64,000 bases of DNA from Candidatus Thorarchaeota archaeon (lineage in GTDB: Archaea; Asgardarchaeota; Thorarchaeia; Thorarchaeales; Thorarchaeaceae): the NCBI GenBank assembly GCA_019057475.1, contig DXJO01000010.1:288001-352000 (forward strand). The letters are read 5' to 3'. Under the pieces are notes generated by a model that was given only the letters and a program-made list of their open reading frames with translations, had not been told where the DNA came from and made no database searches. Shown here piece after piece: positions 28,599 through 37,656 of the stretch (positions within the stretch are counted from its first letter, which is position 1; every line of letters starts with the position of its first letter). A program made the translations under genes and the position numbers.

Positions 28599-29548
28599 CT
28601 CTTCGAATCACTTCCTCCGTCCACGCCTTGATATACATCGACCCCCGCTGTGAAGTCTTTGTCGAAGCTACTTATTGCTTCATCCACAAGGTACGGGTTT
28701 GCCCCCCTCGGAATCCAGGTAGCAGTCGGGGGGGTTTCTGATACTATCAATACGATTCCATCATGATTTCTGCTGATGAACTGGTATGTTCTTTCAGTTC
28801 TTGGATGGATTTTCAATGTTAGGGGCAACCCTTCATCTCGAATACTCCCGTAGAATGCACTCAGCCTAGCCCCACCTTCATTCGTCGGCGTCCACATTGT
28901 ATGACCTAGCGCTCTAATTTCAACTCCCCGCTCGAGCAGACGAAGTATATCCATCATTCTCTCAGCAGCTCTCGATGGTTCCGAGCTTATCCAATCAAGA
29001 CAAATCCTGATAACGTCCCCTCTCTCGCTTCGAGCATACATTGTATTCGTGCTCATACTATATATGTCGTCATAACCTTGTGCGAATCTTGCATGCTGTT
29101 GAGAAGGGGTTCCCGTACTCGTTTCAACCAGCTTGGTCGCAAGGCTAGAGATACTGGCATCCAAAATGGATTCTATATCTGAGTCAGCCTGTTTGGCCTT
29201 TTTCCTCAAATCAGCTAACGACATCCTTTTTGCTTTCTCCAGTGCTGCTTGGATTATGTCTATGCCTGTCCAGTAGCGGTGCTTGTAGGAGCTCTTGTCG
29301 ACTTCAATGTAGCCATCCTTCTCCAAAGAGCTAAGACTTCTGTAGACTAGTGGCTGAGCGATTCGCTTCCCCAAGTTCTCATTCTGCAGATTCGGATATA
29401 TCTCGTCAAACGTTACAGGCGCATCTTGGTTTCCCTGTGTGATTAGAATCGCTTTTAGCACGCGTGCTCTCCAATCAGTAAGACTAAACCCAATGATATC
29501 CAGCAATTGAAACGCATCATTTTCTTCCATGGGATACCACCGACTCAC
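28595..29548 (-). CDS. TrmB-like regulator, paralog 2
   Basis: QPLVYRSLSSLEKDGYIEV wHTH, RGVEIRAL, LVDEAISSFDKDF. Confidence 0.65.
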   Translation of the reverse strand: MSRWYPMEENDAFQLLDIIGFSLTDWRARVLKAILITQGNQDAPVTFDEIYPNLQNENLGKRIAQPLVYRSLSSLEKDGYIEVDKSSYKHRYWTGIDIIQAALEKAKRMSLADLRKKAKQADSDIESILDASISSLATKLVETSTGTPSQQHARFAQGYDDIYSMSTNTMYARSERGDVIRICLDWISSEPSRAAERMMDILRLLERGVEIRALGHTMWTPTNEGGARLSAFYGSIRDEGLPLTLKIHPRTERTYQFISRNHDGIVLIVSETPPTATWIPRGANPYLVDEAISSFDKDFTAGVDVYQGVDGGSDSKS

Positions 29549-30597
29549 TATGGCTCTTTTTCGGTGCCCCTAGTTCTGAACACATCTGCTAGGGTTTTGG
29601 CTATGTATGAATCGGGAGAAATTCCAGACTTCTTGAGGTACTCTGGAGAGAGATCCGTTAATGATATCGATTTCTCCCATTGTGAGTCGAAATTGGTCAT
29701 CGCGTTGTCAATGAGGTCAGGATTGAATGCCCTTGTTATCCAAGCCGCGGTCATTGGATTGTCGCTTATCATGAATGCCATGCTATCATTATTGAGGCTC
29801 ATGAACTGGTATGTATTCTTTGGTCCGTCGTTGAACCGTATGTCCACGGGCAGACCTTCTCTACGGCAGTCGATGAATGCCGCGATAGACCCAGTAAGCG
29901 CCTCAGGTGTGATCTCAGACCTGATTGAATCATCCTGTATTAAAGATCTAATCGTCACCGAGTAGCGCACCTCAACACCTCTTGCTGCAGCAACGAATAT
30001 CCTGTCGACTCTTTCTGTAGCACCCTGCAGATATGGTGCGAATGTCATAACCGAACAACGAATGATATCGCCCTCTTTGGCCACTTCGAATATTGTACTG
30101 TTCGTCACGCGGTAAAATTCATCCATCCCCTTGATGAATCTGGAACTGAGTTTCTGCCTATCCCCCGTGAGTCCTTCAACTAGATTCTCCGCTAGCGAAC
30201 CACAATCCATGCTTGTCACGAAATCCAGCTGTTGCGTCAGAACGCTCCTTTGGCTGTTCAGCTTCTGAATGGTTTCTGATTTTATCTTCTCTAGCCCGGT
30301 CATGACTGTGCTAACATCTGCCAGATACATTTTCCTGTAGGCATGTTCACTCTCTACTCTGATCAAGCCGTTATCGACAAGCGACTTCAAAACCCTTTGA
30401 ACCCATGCTTTCGTAAGACTTGACCCGGGGTTGTCCTTCATCGTGAATTCGTAGATTCTTTTGAATGGCAGAGGTTCTGGCGAATCTTCCTGAACTCGCA
30501 ATACAGCACCTAGCAGATTCAAGGTTCTCGAATCGACACTACTCCCCATTACGAGGCCCAGACTCCTCAAAGCTGCCTTCGTTTTTTCATCTATCAA
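29548..30597 (-). CDS. TrmB-like regulator, paralog 1
   Basis: TKAWVQRVLKSLVDNGLIRV wHTH, RGVEVRY, IDNAMTNFDSQWEKS. TTG start chosen after GAGGGA. Confidence 0.65.
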   Translation of the reverse strand: MIDEKTKAALRSLGLVMGSSVDSRTLNLLGAVLRVQEDSPEPLPFKRIYEFTMKDNPGSSLTKAWVQRVLKSLVDNGLIRVESEHAYRKMYLADVSTVMTGLEKIKSETIQKLNSQRSVLTQQLDFVTSMDCGSLAENLVEGLTGDRQKLSSRFIKGMDEFYRVTNSTIFEVAKEGDIIRCSVMTFAPYLQGATERVDRIFVAAARGVEVRYSVTIRSLIQDDSIRSEITPEALTGSIAAFIDCRREGLPVDIRFNDGPKNTYQFMSLNNDSMAFMISDNPMTAAWITRAFNPDLIDNAMTNFDSQWEKSISLTDLSPEYLKKSGISPDSYIAKTLADVFRTRGTEKEP

Positions 30598-30799
30598 TAC
30601 GAATCCCTCGCTCCGACGATAACCTCTTGCCGCATAGCCGGAAAATAAAGATACTAGCTTCGTGCACAGATACTTACTTTGCATCTGTTGACAAAGGTCG
30701 TATTATTATATCGCACGGTTGCCATACTTGCTAGACTTACCCCTCCAGAAAGAGTGTACAAGTCACGCACTGGGCATAGCAGAGAATAGGGCTGTTAAC

Positions 30800-30831
30800 G
30801 AAGCAGGGTAAGAGGGGGTAGACCCTGCTTC
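30800..30831 (-). terminator. 10-bp stem hairpin 3' of the geranylgeranyl reductase gene
   Basis: GAAGCAGGGT / ACCCTGCTTC perfect inverted repeat about 30 nt after the stop. Confidence 0.5.
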
Positions 30832-30862
30832 CTTTCTCTCTTCTTAATCGTTTGCAATCCAA

Positions 30863-32092
30863 TTACAGCCCGCTTACGGCGATGCTTCGAAGGTAGCCCT
30901 TGCCAATCTTCAGGACCATTGGCAGGAAATCAGTGAGTAGTCCCATGTAGTCCCCAATGCCTGCGTGCCCTTGGATTAGTGAGTTGAGGGTTCCCGCGTC
31001 GAGCTGACTGAGTACAATCTCCGCTGCTTCAATTGGATCGTTGAACATCGCATACTTGCTTATCGCCCACATACCTTCGCCAGTGTTTTTGATGTTCGAA
31101 GCCAGCTTTGTTTTCCTGTACTCTTTTTCGTATTGGCTGATGCTCTTTGCTGAGAAGTCGTTCTCATCAACTATTCTCTTTGCGTGCTTTGCTAGCAGAG
31201 TTCCTGCATGGAAGCAGGTTGTCACCCCGCCTCCGACGATTGAAGAAACCTGTCCAGCAGCATTACCGCAAAGAGCGACGCCTGCATCAGTGAATTTCGG
31301 GATTATCCCTGCGCAAGGAACAACTCCCGCATTCACCGCAACTATCTTTGCGTTTTTTGTTTCGGGGTGACTATCCTTGTATTTCTTGAGCATGCTCTGC
31401 ATGGGCATTAATGCATCCCAGTTTTCCTTTGATGAGGGGACACGACCAATGCCGAGGTTGATCTCTGTTTCGCTCCTTGGGTAGAGCCACAGGTAGCCAA
31501 GGCCCACGTCTCGCCCGACGAAGAAGTATGCAACATTTGGGTCAATGTTTTTACAATTTTCGAGCTTCCAGCGGACACCGTAACTGAGTAACCATTTCGG
31601 ATGGGTGAAGCCAGCTGTTTTGAAGACCCTGCTGAAGGAGCCATCGGCACCTACGGTGAGACCTGCTCGCTCCTCTTGGTCGCCATTGTATCTGAGACCA
31701 ACAATCTGATTCCCCTCCTTGATAACAGAGTCAACGCGAGAACGATATCTGAATTCAGCCCCGTTTCCTTCTGCACGGTCCCTCATCAGTTCTTGGCATT
31801 TGTCTTCGTCAAGAAGGTAAGAGTTGCCAAGGAGGCCTCCTCCGACTCTGATATTGGCTCCTGTATCCAAGCTCTCTCCAACGATTTCGGAGTACTTGTT
31901 GCCTACAAACTCGGAGTCTGGCTTCACACCCAAGAATCGCAATGCGTTATCTGTTACAAGTTCTCCCATCAGAGAATCCGTGACAGCGTTCCTCCTCTCC
32001 AAAACGAGGGTCTTAACACCGTATCCTGACGCCCTGTTTGCTGTCATTAGGCCGGCAGGTCCAGTGCCTGCGATTATGAGATCGAACGTCAT
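30863..32092 (-). CDS. Geranylgeranyl reductase family FAD oxidoreductase (DGGGPL reductase-like)
   Basis: IAGTGPAG, VGADG, GYLWLYP (YxWxFP), GNAAGQVSSIVGGG. Confidence 0.85.
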   Translation of the reverse strand: MTFDLIIAGTGPAGLMTANRASGYGVKTLVLERRNAVTDSLMGELVTDNALRFLGVKPDSEFVGNKYSEIVGESLDTGANIRVGGGLLGNSYLLDEDKCQELMRDRAEGNGAEFRYRSRVDSVIKEGNQIVGLRYNGDQEERAGLTVGADGSFSRVFKTAGFTHPKWLLSYGVRWKLENCKNIDPNVAYFFVGRDVGLGYLWLYPRSETEINLGIGRVPSSKENWDALMPMQSMLKKYKDSHPETKNAKIVAVNAGVVPCAGIIPKFTDAGVALCGNAAGQVSSIVGGGVTTCFHAGTLLAKHAKRIVDENDFSAKSISQYEKEYRKTKLASNIKNTGEGMWAISKYAMFNDPIEAAEIVLSQLDAGTLNSLIQGHAGIGDYMGLLTDFLPMVLKIGKGYLRSIAVSGL

Positions 32093-32248
32093 TGTATCAA
32101 CTCCTGCTGAGTGAGCTCTAGCGATTGGGTGCTGACCGGTTGGATTACTCTATATCTGTTTCCCATATGACAATGATTTCTCCCCTTATGTCGCATGATT
32201 TAATATGAGGTGCTGTATGGCCCTGAAGCACTCCAAGAAGTGTTCTTT

Positions 32249-33088
32249 ATGAAGGCCAGAATCCTCGCTTACGGCGCTTACATGATTCTATCGATTCTCA
32301 TCAGTCTGATAGTTGCAGCTGTCCCGGCTATCTTCCTCTTCGCTTGGGCTTTCTGGAATATCGACTCGATACTCAACGGACTTGGCTGGCCTTTCATTAA
32401 TATTCAGAGCGCCTTTCAAGGAACGTTCAACGCGAGCTTCCCAACAATCGTCTACACTCGGTTCTGGGGCATTATCTTCTTTATTCCCGTCGGTTTATTC
32501 TGCTATGCATTATTCTTGGGCATTCTCATAGGCATGTTCAAGCTATCCCGCAGAGGCATTCCCCGTTTGGAAGACGGATATTACAAACAAGAAACCGAAG
32601 ACTGGCTTCTGTATGAATTCGCTCAAGTCTATTACATCCTCATCCCCTACTTCGCTGGATTCTTCTCAATCTTCCTTGACACTTCGCCAAGGCATATGCT
32701 GTTCGGAGCGAAGATAGGAAGAAACACTATCATTGGCAACGGTCGCATATTCAATCCCGAGAGGACTGTAATTGGAGAGAACTGCTTCTTTGGCTACGAT
32801 GCCATTCTGAGCGGACACGTCTACGAGAGTGGCTGTCTGTACCTGAAGACAGTGAAGCTAGGCAACAATGTGACGGTCGGTTCGAACGCTGTCATTCTTG
32901 CAGGTGCGGACATTGGGGACAATGTACTCATCGCGGCCACATCCGTGGTTCCCAAGGATAAAGTCGTTCCACCCAATACGATATGGGTCCGCGGAAAGGC
33001 GCTTCCAAGGAAGCCAGTTCCGTGTGAAGAAGCAGAAGCGTATGCAATCGGTAGCCCAACTGCGGGAGCCGTCACCGGCGAAGACTAG
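32249..33088 (+). CDS. Membrane-bound left-handed beta-helix acyltransferase-like protein (single Pls/NRPS-terminal-type module)
   Basis: TM helices, then GYY...W, LFGAKIG, IGENCFFG..AILSGHVYESG.LYLKTVKLG hexapeptide repeats and VPPNTIW. Confidence 0.7.
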   Translation: MKARILAYGAYMILSILISLIVAAVPAIFLFAWAFWNIDSILNGLGWPFINIQSAFQGTFNASFPTIVYTRFWGIIFFIPVGLFCYALFLGILIGMFKLSRRGIPRLEDGYYKQETEDWLLYEFAQVYYILIPYFAGFFSIFLDTSPRHMLFGAKIGRNTIIGNGRIFNPERTVIGENCFFGYDAILSGHVYESGCLYLKTVKLGNNVTVGSNAVILAGADIGDNVLIAATSVVPKDKVVPPNTIWVRGKALPRKPVPCEEAEAYAIGSPTAGAVTGED

Positions 33089-33179
33089 GCTCTTGGGATT
33101 GCTCTTAGACTGATGGTCCCGTTTTACGATTCCCTATTAAGGATGAGTTCTTAACGTCGACAGTGAATGAACTCTTGAG

Positions 33180-34619
33180 ATGTCGGGAGTCAAGCCAACA
33201 TACACTCCGCGTGGATATCAGACCTATATCCTCGACAGGATCAGCGACTTGCAGGGTACGAATCTTCTTCTCGAACTCGATTGCGGTCTTGGCAAGCGGT
33301 TCATAACCCACCAGCTTGTGGCAGAGCGATTTCCCGATACGAAATTCATCATCGTAGTTCATTCCTCTTCGTCACTGGCTGAAACGGTAGACTACCTCAG
33401 GAGCGAGTACGGCGGGCTCGAAGACGACCTAGGTGAGCTATCATCCAGAGTTCCGTCAGGCCAAAGGTCACTGGTGCTGAGAGAAAAGAGGGTAATTGTT
33501 GCAACCCCGCAGGTACTGGCAGGCATTGCACGAAAGAACCTGAGCCTTCTGGAGCCATTTGAAGCAATTCTAATTAACGAGGTCGACACTCTCATTAGAA
33601 GAACTAGCACGAGAACCGCACTCGTGTTTCCATGGAATGAGCTTCTAACGTTCCTCGGCGAGAAATGGCTGATTGGAATGAGCGGGACTCTCAGAGACGA
33701 CCATGCTGTCTTCACCGAGGAGCAGCTGGAGATCCGTGATGAGCTAGTAACGCTGAAGGAATACATTCCGAACTCAGAAGTCATAACAATGGAGGATCTG
33801 TACGATACTGACGTCAAAGAACATCTTGACCCCACATTCCTGTCTATTGCAGAGGTGAATGATCCCAAAATAAGATCAATCTCAATCGTGCTTGACGAGC
33901 TTGTACGCGATACGCGCATTGAGATTATGAACGAGCTCGCCGAGAGCGACAATCTTGACATCATTGCAGGCGACGCAAGGAGAGTGCATCTAATGTTGGA
34001 GCGTCTTCCAATTGATGATGAACTCAAGGGACGATACTCTGGGTTGCTCCTTTTACGCAAGTATGTCTATGCGATGCCTCCCAAGCAGTTCTTGCGAATG
34101 TTTCATGCGGACTATCTGAAACATTACTTCAATGTCACTCAACTCAGGCGTGCGCTTCCCACAGTTTCTGCAAAGGTCACGAGAGTACTTGAGGTCGCCG
34201 TGAAGCATCAAAAGACACTCGTCCTCACTTCCTACCTCAAGATGGTCATACAGTTGCGTGATGTACTGGAGAAGGCGGGATTGCCAGTGCTTACAATCAC
34301 TGGGGCCACTCGGAACAAGGGTGAAGTGTTGAAGGAGTTCAAGGAGAATGCTGACGTGCGCGCCTTAGTGATGTCCCCTGTTGGGGAGCGCGATCTTGAC
34401 ATCCCCCAAGCCGATGTGATGGTGGTCTGCGACACAATCAATACCAGCAAAACGATGTACCAGAAGTTCAAGAGAACAAGAGGTGGACTTGTCTTGCTTT
34501 TAGCTTACTCTGGCACATCTGAACTACGAAAGGTCAACCGGCTAATGCAGCGGATATTAAACCGATATCCATGGTCTACCGCGGTTATAGAGCCCGATGT
34601 GGGACAACTTGGAATATGA
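33180..34619 (+). CDS. SF2 (Hef/FANCM-like) helicase-fold protein with degenerate motifs
   Basis: PRGYQ Q-motif, LDCGLGKR, ATPQ, INEVD, GMSGT, VGERDLDIP, YQKFKRTRGG. Confidence 0.7.
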   Translation: MSGVKPTYTPRGYQTYILDRISDLQGTNLLLELDCGLGKRFITHQLVAERFPDTKFIIVVHSSSSLAETVDYLRSEYGGLEDDLGELSSRVPSGQRSLVLREKRVIVATPQVLAGIARKNLSLLEPFEAILINEVDTLIRRTSTRTALVFPWNELLTFLGEKWLIGMSGTLRDDHAVFTEEQLEIRDELVTLKEYIPNSEVITMEDLYDTDVKEHLDPTFLSIAEVNDPKIRSISIVLDELVRDTRIEIMNELAESDNLDIIAGDARRVHLMLERLPIDDELKGRYSGLLLLRKYVYAMPPKQFLRMFHADYLKHYFNVTQLRRALPTVSAKVTRVLEVAVKHQKTLVLTSYLKMVIQLRDVLEKAGLPVLTITGATRNKGEVLKEFKENADVRALVMSPVGERDLDIPQADVMVVCDTINTSKTMYQKFKRTRGGLVLLLAYSGTSELRKVNRLMQRILNRYPWSTAVIEPDVGQLGI

Positions 34620-34679
34620 GCTCCCGCATAATACACTATCATTATAAGACTCGTTCAAAGAAAGGGCTCGTGAGCTACC

Positions 34680-35129
34680 TTGACAGATGAGGCCTCCAAT
34701 GGCATAAGGGAGATGAACCTCAACGTTGGTGTCGACATCATCGACATAGACCGATTTAGAGGCGTCAAGCGTAAGGCGCCATTCATCGAGCGGACATATA
34801 CTCCAAGAGAGCTTGACTACTGCTATGGCTACAGCGACCCGGCCCCGCATCTAGCAACAACATTTGCAGGGAAGGAAGCTGTGGTCAAGTCGATTGGAAC
34901 GAAAACAGGCACCTCATTGAGATCCATTGAAATCCTCCGCAACGGTGATGGAGCTCCTTACGTTTGTGTGAACGGGGTTGAGAGCAACGAGATCAAGGTC
35001 AGCCTTTCGCATTCTAAGAACCATGCAGTTGCTGTTGCTGCAACAGTATCTTCACTATCCAAGTCTGGCAAAGAGTATATTCAGGATATTTTAAACAGCA
35101 ATGCACTAGAGCTGCTGCCAAACGAGTGA
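34680..35129 (+). CDS. acpS: Holo-[acyl-carrier-protein] synthase (4'-phosphopantetheinyl transferase)
   Basis: VGVDIIDIDRF, FAGKEAVVKS, GAPYV, VSLSHS. The start may be ATG at 34713. Confidence 0.9.
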   Translation: MTDEASNGIREMNLNVGVDIIDIDRFRGVKRKAPFIERTYTPRELDYCYGYSDPAPHLATTFAGKEAVVKSIGTKTGTSLRSIEILRNGDGAPYVCVNGVESNEIKVSLSHSKNHAVAVAATVSSLSKSGKEYIQDILNSNALELLPNE

Positions 35130-35135
35130 ACCGCG

Positions 35136-36968
35136 ATGAGTGGCACAGACGATCAAGTGGATGAGATTTTGAAGTCGGTGCGTGAGTCGCCAACATATCT
35201 TAGCTTCTGGAGCGCCTACAAGAGGATTCAACGCCTTTCACCTAAGCCATCGGAAAACGCAAGTCTGAGGGCTAGCATTGCGATAATTGGCTCATCCACA
35301 CTGGAACCGCTCGCCGCGTGTTTTGATGTCAAGATGCGACTGGAAGGATTCCACCCTCATACGTTCGTTGGCGGGTTCAACACCTACCACCAGGAAGCAA
35401 TGAATAAAACTTCAGAACTGTACAAAGCAGAGCCAAACATCATTGTACTTGCAGTGGATGCTTGGTCACTATTGGATCAGAAGTTCCTCTCCAATTATCC
35501 CCTGATGAGCAGCAAGAGTCGCAGTGCTGCAATAAAGGAGCTGGTGAACAGCATCACAGCAATAGCAGAGGTGCTGGAGAAGAACAGTGCAGCACTGATT
35601 CTTGTGAACAATTTCATTGTTCCCACGTTTTCTCCATTGGGCGTTGCCGACAACAAGCAGAAGCTTGGTTTCAAGAAGTTCTTCCGTCGAGCCAACCGGC
35701 TCTTGGAGGAAAAACTTGAGAGCGCTTCAAATGTCTTTGTTGTGGACCTAGATTCGGTTGCTTCCGACTTTGGCAAATCGCGTACTGTGAATTGGAACAC
35801 TTACTACAGAGGCTCTATTCCCTTCAGTGAGGAGTTCACGCCAATCGTTGCTGATGAGTACATGCGATACTTCCGTGCTCTCAAAGGTTTAACGAAGAAG
35901 TGCATCGTGCTCGATCTTGACAATACGCTCTGGGGCGGCATTATCGGTGAAGACGGCATTGAGGGAATCAAGCTTGGTCCAACTTCCCCCGGTTTAGAGT
36001 ATGTGGAGTTCCAGCGGGCATTGCTGAGCCTTTACAATAGGGGGGTCATCCTCGCCGTAAACAGCAAGAACAATTTCGACGATGCAATCAAGGTTCTACG
36101 AGAACATCCTCATCAGATTCTCAAAGAAGAGCACTTCGCGGCCCTGAGAATCAATTGGCAGAACAAAGTAGCGAACATTGCAGAACTGGCAAAGGAGATC
36201 AACATTGGTCTTGACAGTATCGTGTTCATCGATGATAATCCTGCAGAACGCGAGCAGATTAGACAGATCTATCCAGAGGTGATGGTCGTTGACCTTCCGA
36301 AGAACCCGCACCTCTACAGGGCCACACTAGAGAAGATAGACGTGTTTGATGTCCTATCACTCACCAAGGAGGACATGGCTCGTGGTGAGATGTACGTTGG
36401 TAAACGTAAGCGAGAAGAGCTGGAGCAGAGCTCCACATCCATCGAGGACTTCCTTAGAACGCTTGAACTCAAAGTGCAAGTGAAACTGACGGACGACTTT
36501 GATACACCCCGAGTAGTCCAGCTCCTCGGAAAGACAAACCAGTTTAACCTGACTACACGAAGGTACACCGATGCCGAAACCAAGAGCCTGAGGGATGCAG
36601 AGGAATCCGCAGTCTATAGCATGGCAGTTCAGGACAAGTTCGGCGATGAGGGAGTCGTTGGAGTCGCGATAGTCAGAAAGGAGAAAATGTCATGGATGGT
36701 GGATTCCTTCCTCATGAGTTGTCGAGTGATTGGGCGCTCTGTAGAAACCGCATTTCTAGCCAAGATCATTGCTGATGCCAAGACTGCCGGTGCCAAGCGC
36801 GTGATAGGAGAATACATACAAACCAAGAAGAACGCTCCCGCAGCTGATTTCTATGAACATCACGGATTCGCTAAACAGAAAGAGTCAGGTGACGGTGCAA
36901 TCTGGATGCTTGACCTCGCTCACGGTACAGTCGAAGTGCCGGACTGGATAGACCTCATTGAGGAGTGA
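35136..36968 (+). CDS. fkbH: FkbH-like HAD-IIIC glyceryl-carrier-protein synthase
   Basis: VLDLDNTLWGG, SKNN, FIDDNPAER, KTNQFNLT, DKFGDEG, FLMSCRV (catalytic Cys), plus an N-terminal extension. Confidence 0.92.
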   Translation: MSGTDDQVDEILKSVRESPTYLSFWSAYKRIQRLSPKPSENASLRASIAIIGSSTLEPLAACFDVKMRLEGFHPHTFVGGFNTYHQEAMNKTSELYKAEPNIIVLAVDAWSLLDQKFLSNYPLMSSKSRSAAIKELVNSITAIAEVLEKNSAALILVNNFIVPTFSPLGVADNKQKLGFKKFFRRANRLLEEKLESASNVFVVDLDSVASDFGKSRTVNWNTYYRGSIPFSEEFTPIVADEYMRYFRALKGLTKKCIVLDLDNTLWGGIIGEDGIEGIKLGPTSPGLEYVEFQRALLSLYNRGVILAVNSKNNFDDAIKVLREHPHQILKEEHFAALRINWQNKVANIAELAKEINIGLDSIVFIDDNPAEREQIRQIYPEVMVVDLPKNPHLYRATLEKIDVFDVLSLTKEDMARGEMYVGKRKREELEQSSTSIEDFLRTLELKVQVKLTDDFDTPRVVQLLGKTNQFNLTTRRYTDAETKSLRDAEESAVYSMAVQDKFGDEGVVGVAIVRKEKMSWMVDSFLMSCRVIGRSVETAFLAKIIADAKTAGAKRVIGEYIQTKKNAPAADFYEHHGFAKQKESGDGAIWMLDLAHGTVEVPDWIDLIEE

Positions 36969-36972
36969 CGCG

Positions 36973-37212
36973 ATGACAGACGCTGAAGATACCCTTACGG
37001 AGATAATCTCCAAGGCCCTCCTTCTAGACAAGAGTGAATTGACAGATGACCTGAAGCGAGGCGATTATGAGCCCTGGGACTCGATGGCACATCTTACTCT
37101 GATAAGCGAGATTGAAAACGAGTTTGGCATATTCTTTGAGGATGACGAAGTCGTTGACATCTGGACAGTTGCCGATATTCGAAGTCTGCTCTCAAAGAAA
37201 ATTTCCAGCTAG
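36973..37212 (+). CDS. Acyl carrier protein
   Basis: Small acidic protein with a WDSMAHLTLI phosphopantetheine-Ser motif and IENEFGI. Confidence 0.9.
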   Translation: MTDAEDTLTEIISKALLLDKSELTDDLKRGDYEPWDSMAHLTLISEIENEFGIFFEDDEVVDIWTVADIRSLLSKKISS

Positions 37213-37655
37213 TCCTTCTTCGATTCCAACCTCTGAACTGCCCTTGCGGGATTGCCTGCAACTAATGTTAATGGTGGCACATCTCTATGCACAACAGCCC
37301 CCGCTGCAACGATTGCTCCCTCTCCAACAGTTACACCAGGCAAGATGATCGCGCCACTGGCCACCCAGGCTCCCTTCTTGATGGTGATTTTCTTTGGTCC
37401 TCCATGGTAGATCTTCGCTCTCTGAAGGTATGGGCTCGAGCCGGAATGAGCCATTAGCTTTGCCCCTGGACCAATTGCAGCCCAATCCTCAATCTCGATG
37501 TACTCTGGATACTCGCTGTCAATCATGACCATATAGCCGATGAAGACGCCTTTTCCCACCTTGACACCGCACTTCCTGAGCACTGATGCACGGAACTGGT
37601 AGACGGGTGCCAACCAAGCTATAATTCTCAGTAGCCTGCCGATTGTTTTGCCCAT
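37209..37655 (-). CDS. Hexapeptide-repeat O-acyltransferase
   Basis: GVKVGKGVFIG, IILPGVTVGEGAIVAAGAVVHRDVPP..LVAGNPAR. Confidence 0.88.
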   Translation of the reverse strand: MGKTIGRLLRIIAWLAPVYQFRASVLRKCGVKVGKGVFIGYMVMIDSEYPEYIEIEDWAAIGPGAKLMAHSGSSPYLQRAKIYHGGPKKITIKKGAWVASGAIILPGVTVGEGAIVAAGAVVHRDVPPLTLVAGNPARAVQRLESKKD

Positions 37656-37656
37656 G

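Noticed and set aside
33392-34060. 222-aa minus-strand ORF and similar long Ser-rich antisense ORFs (e.g. 55410-55988, 56365-56874, 18333-18863)
   Set aside because: They lie opposite well-supported genes and have no recognisable motifs.
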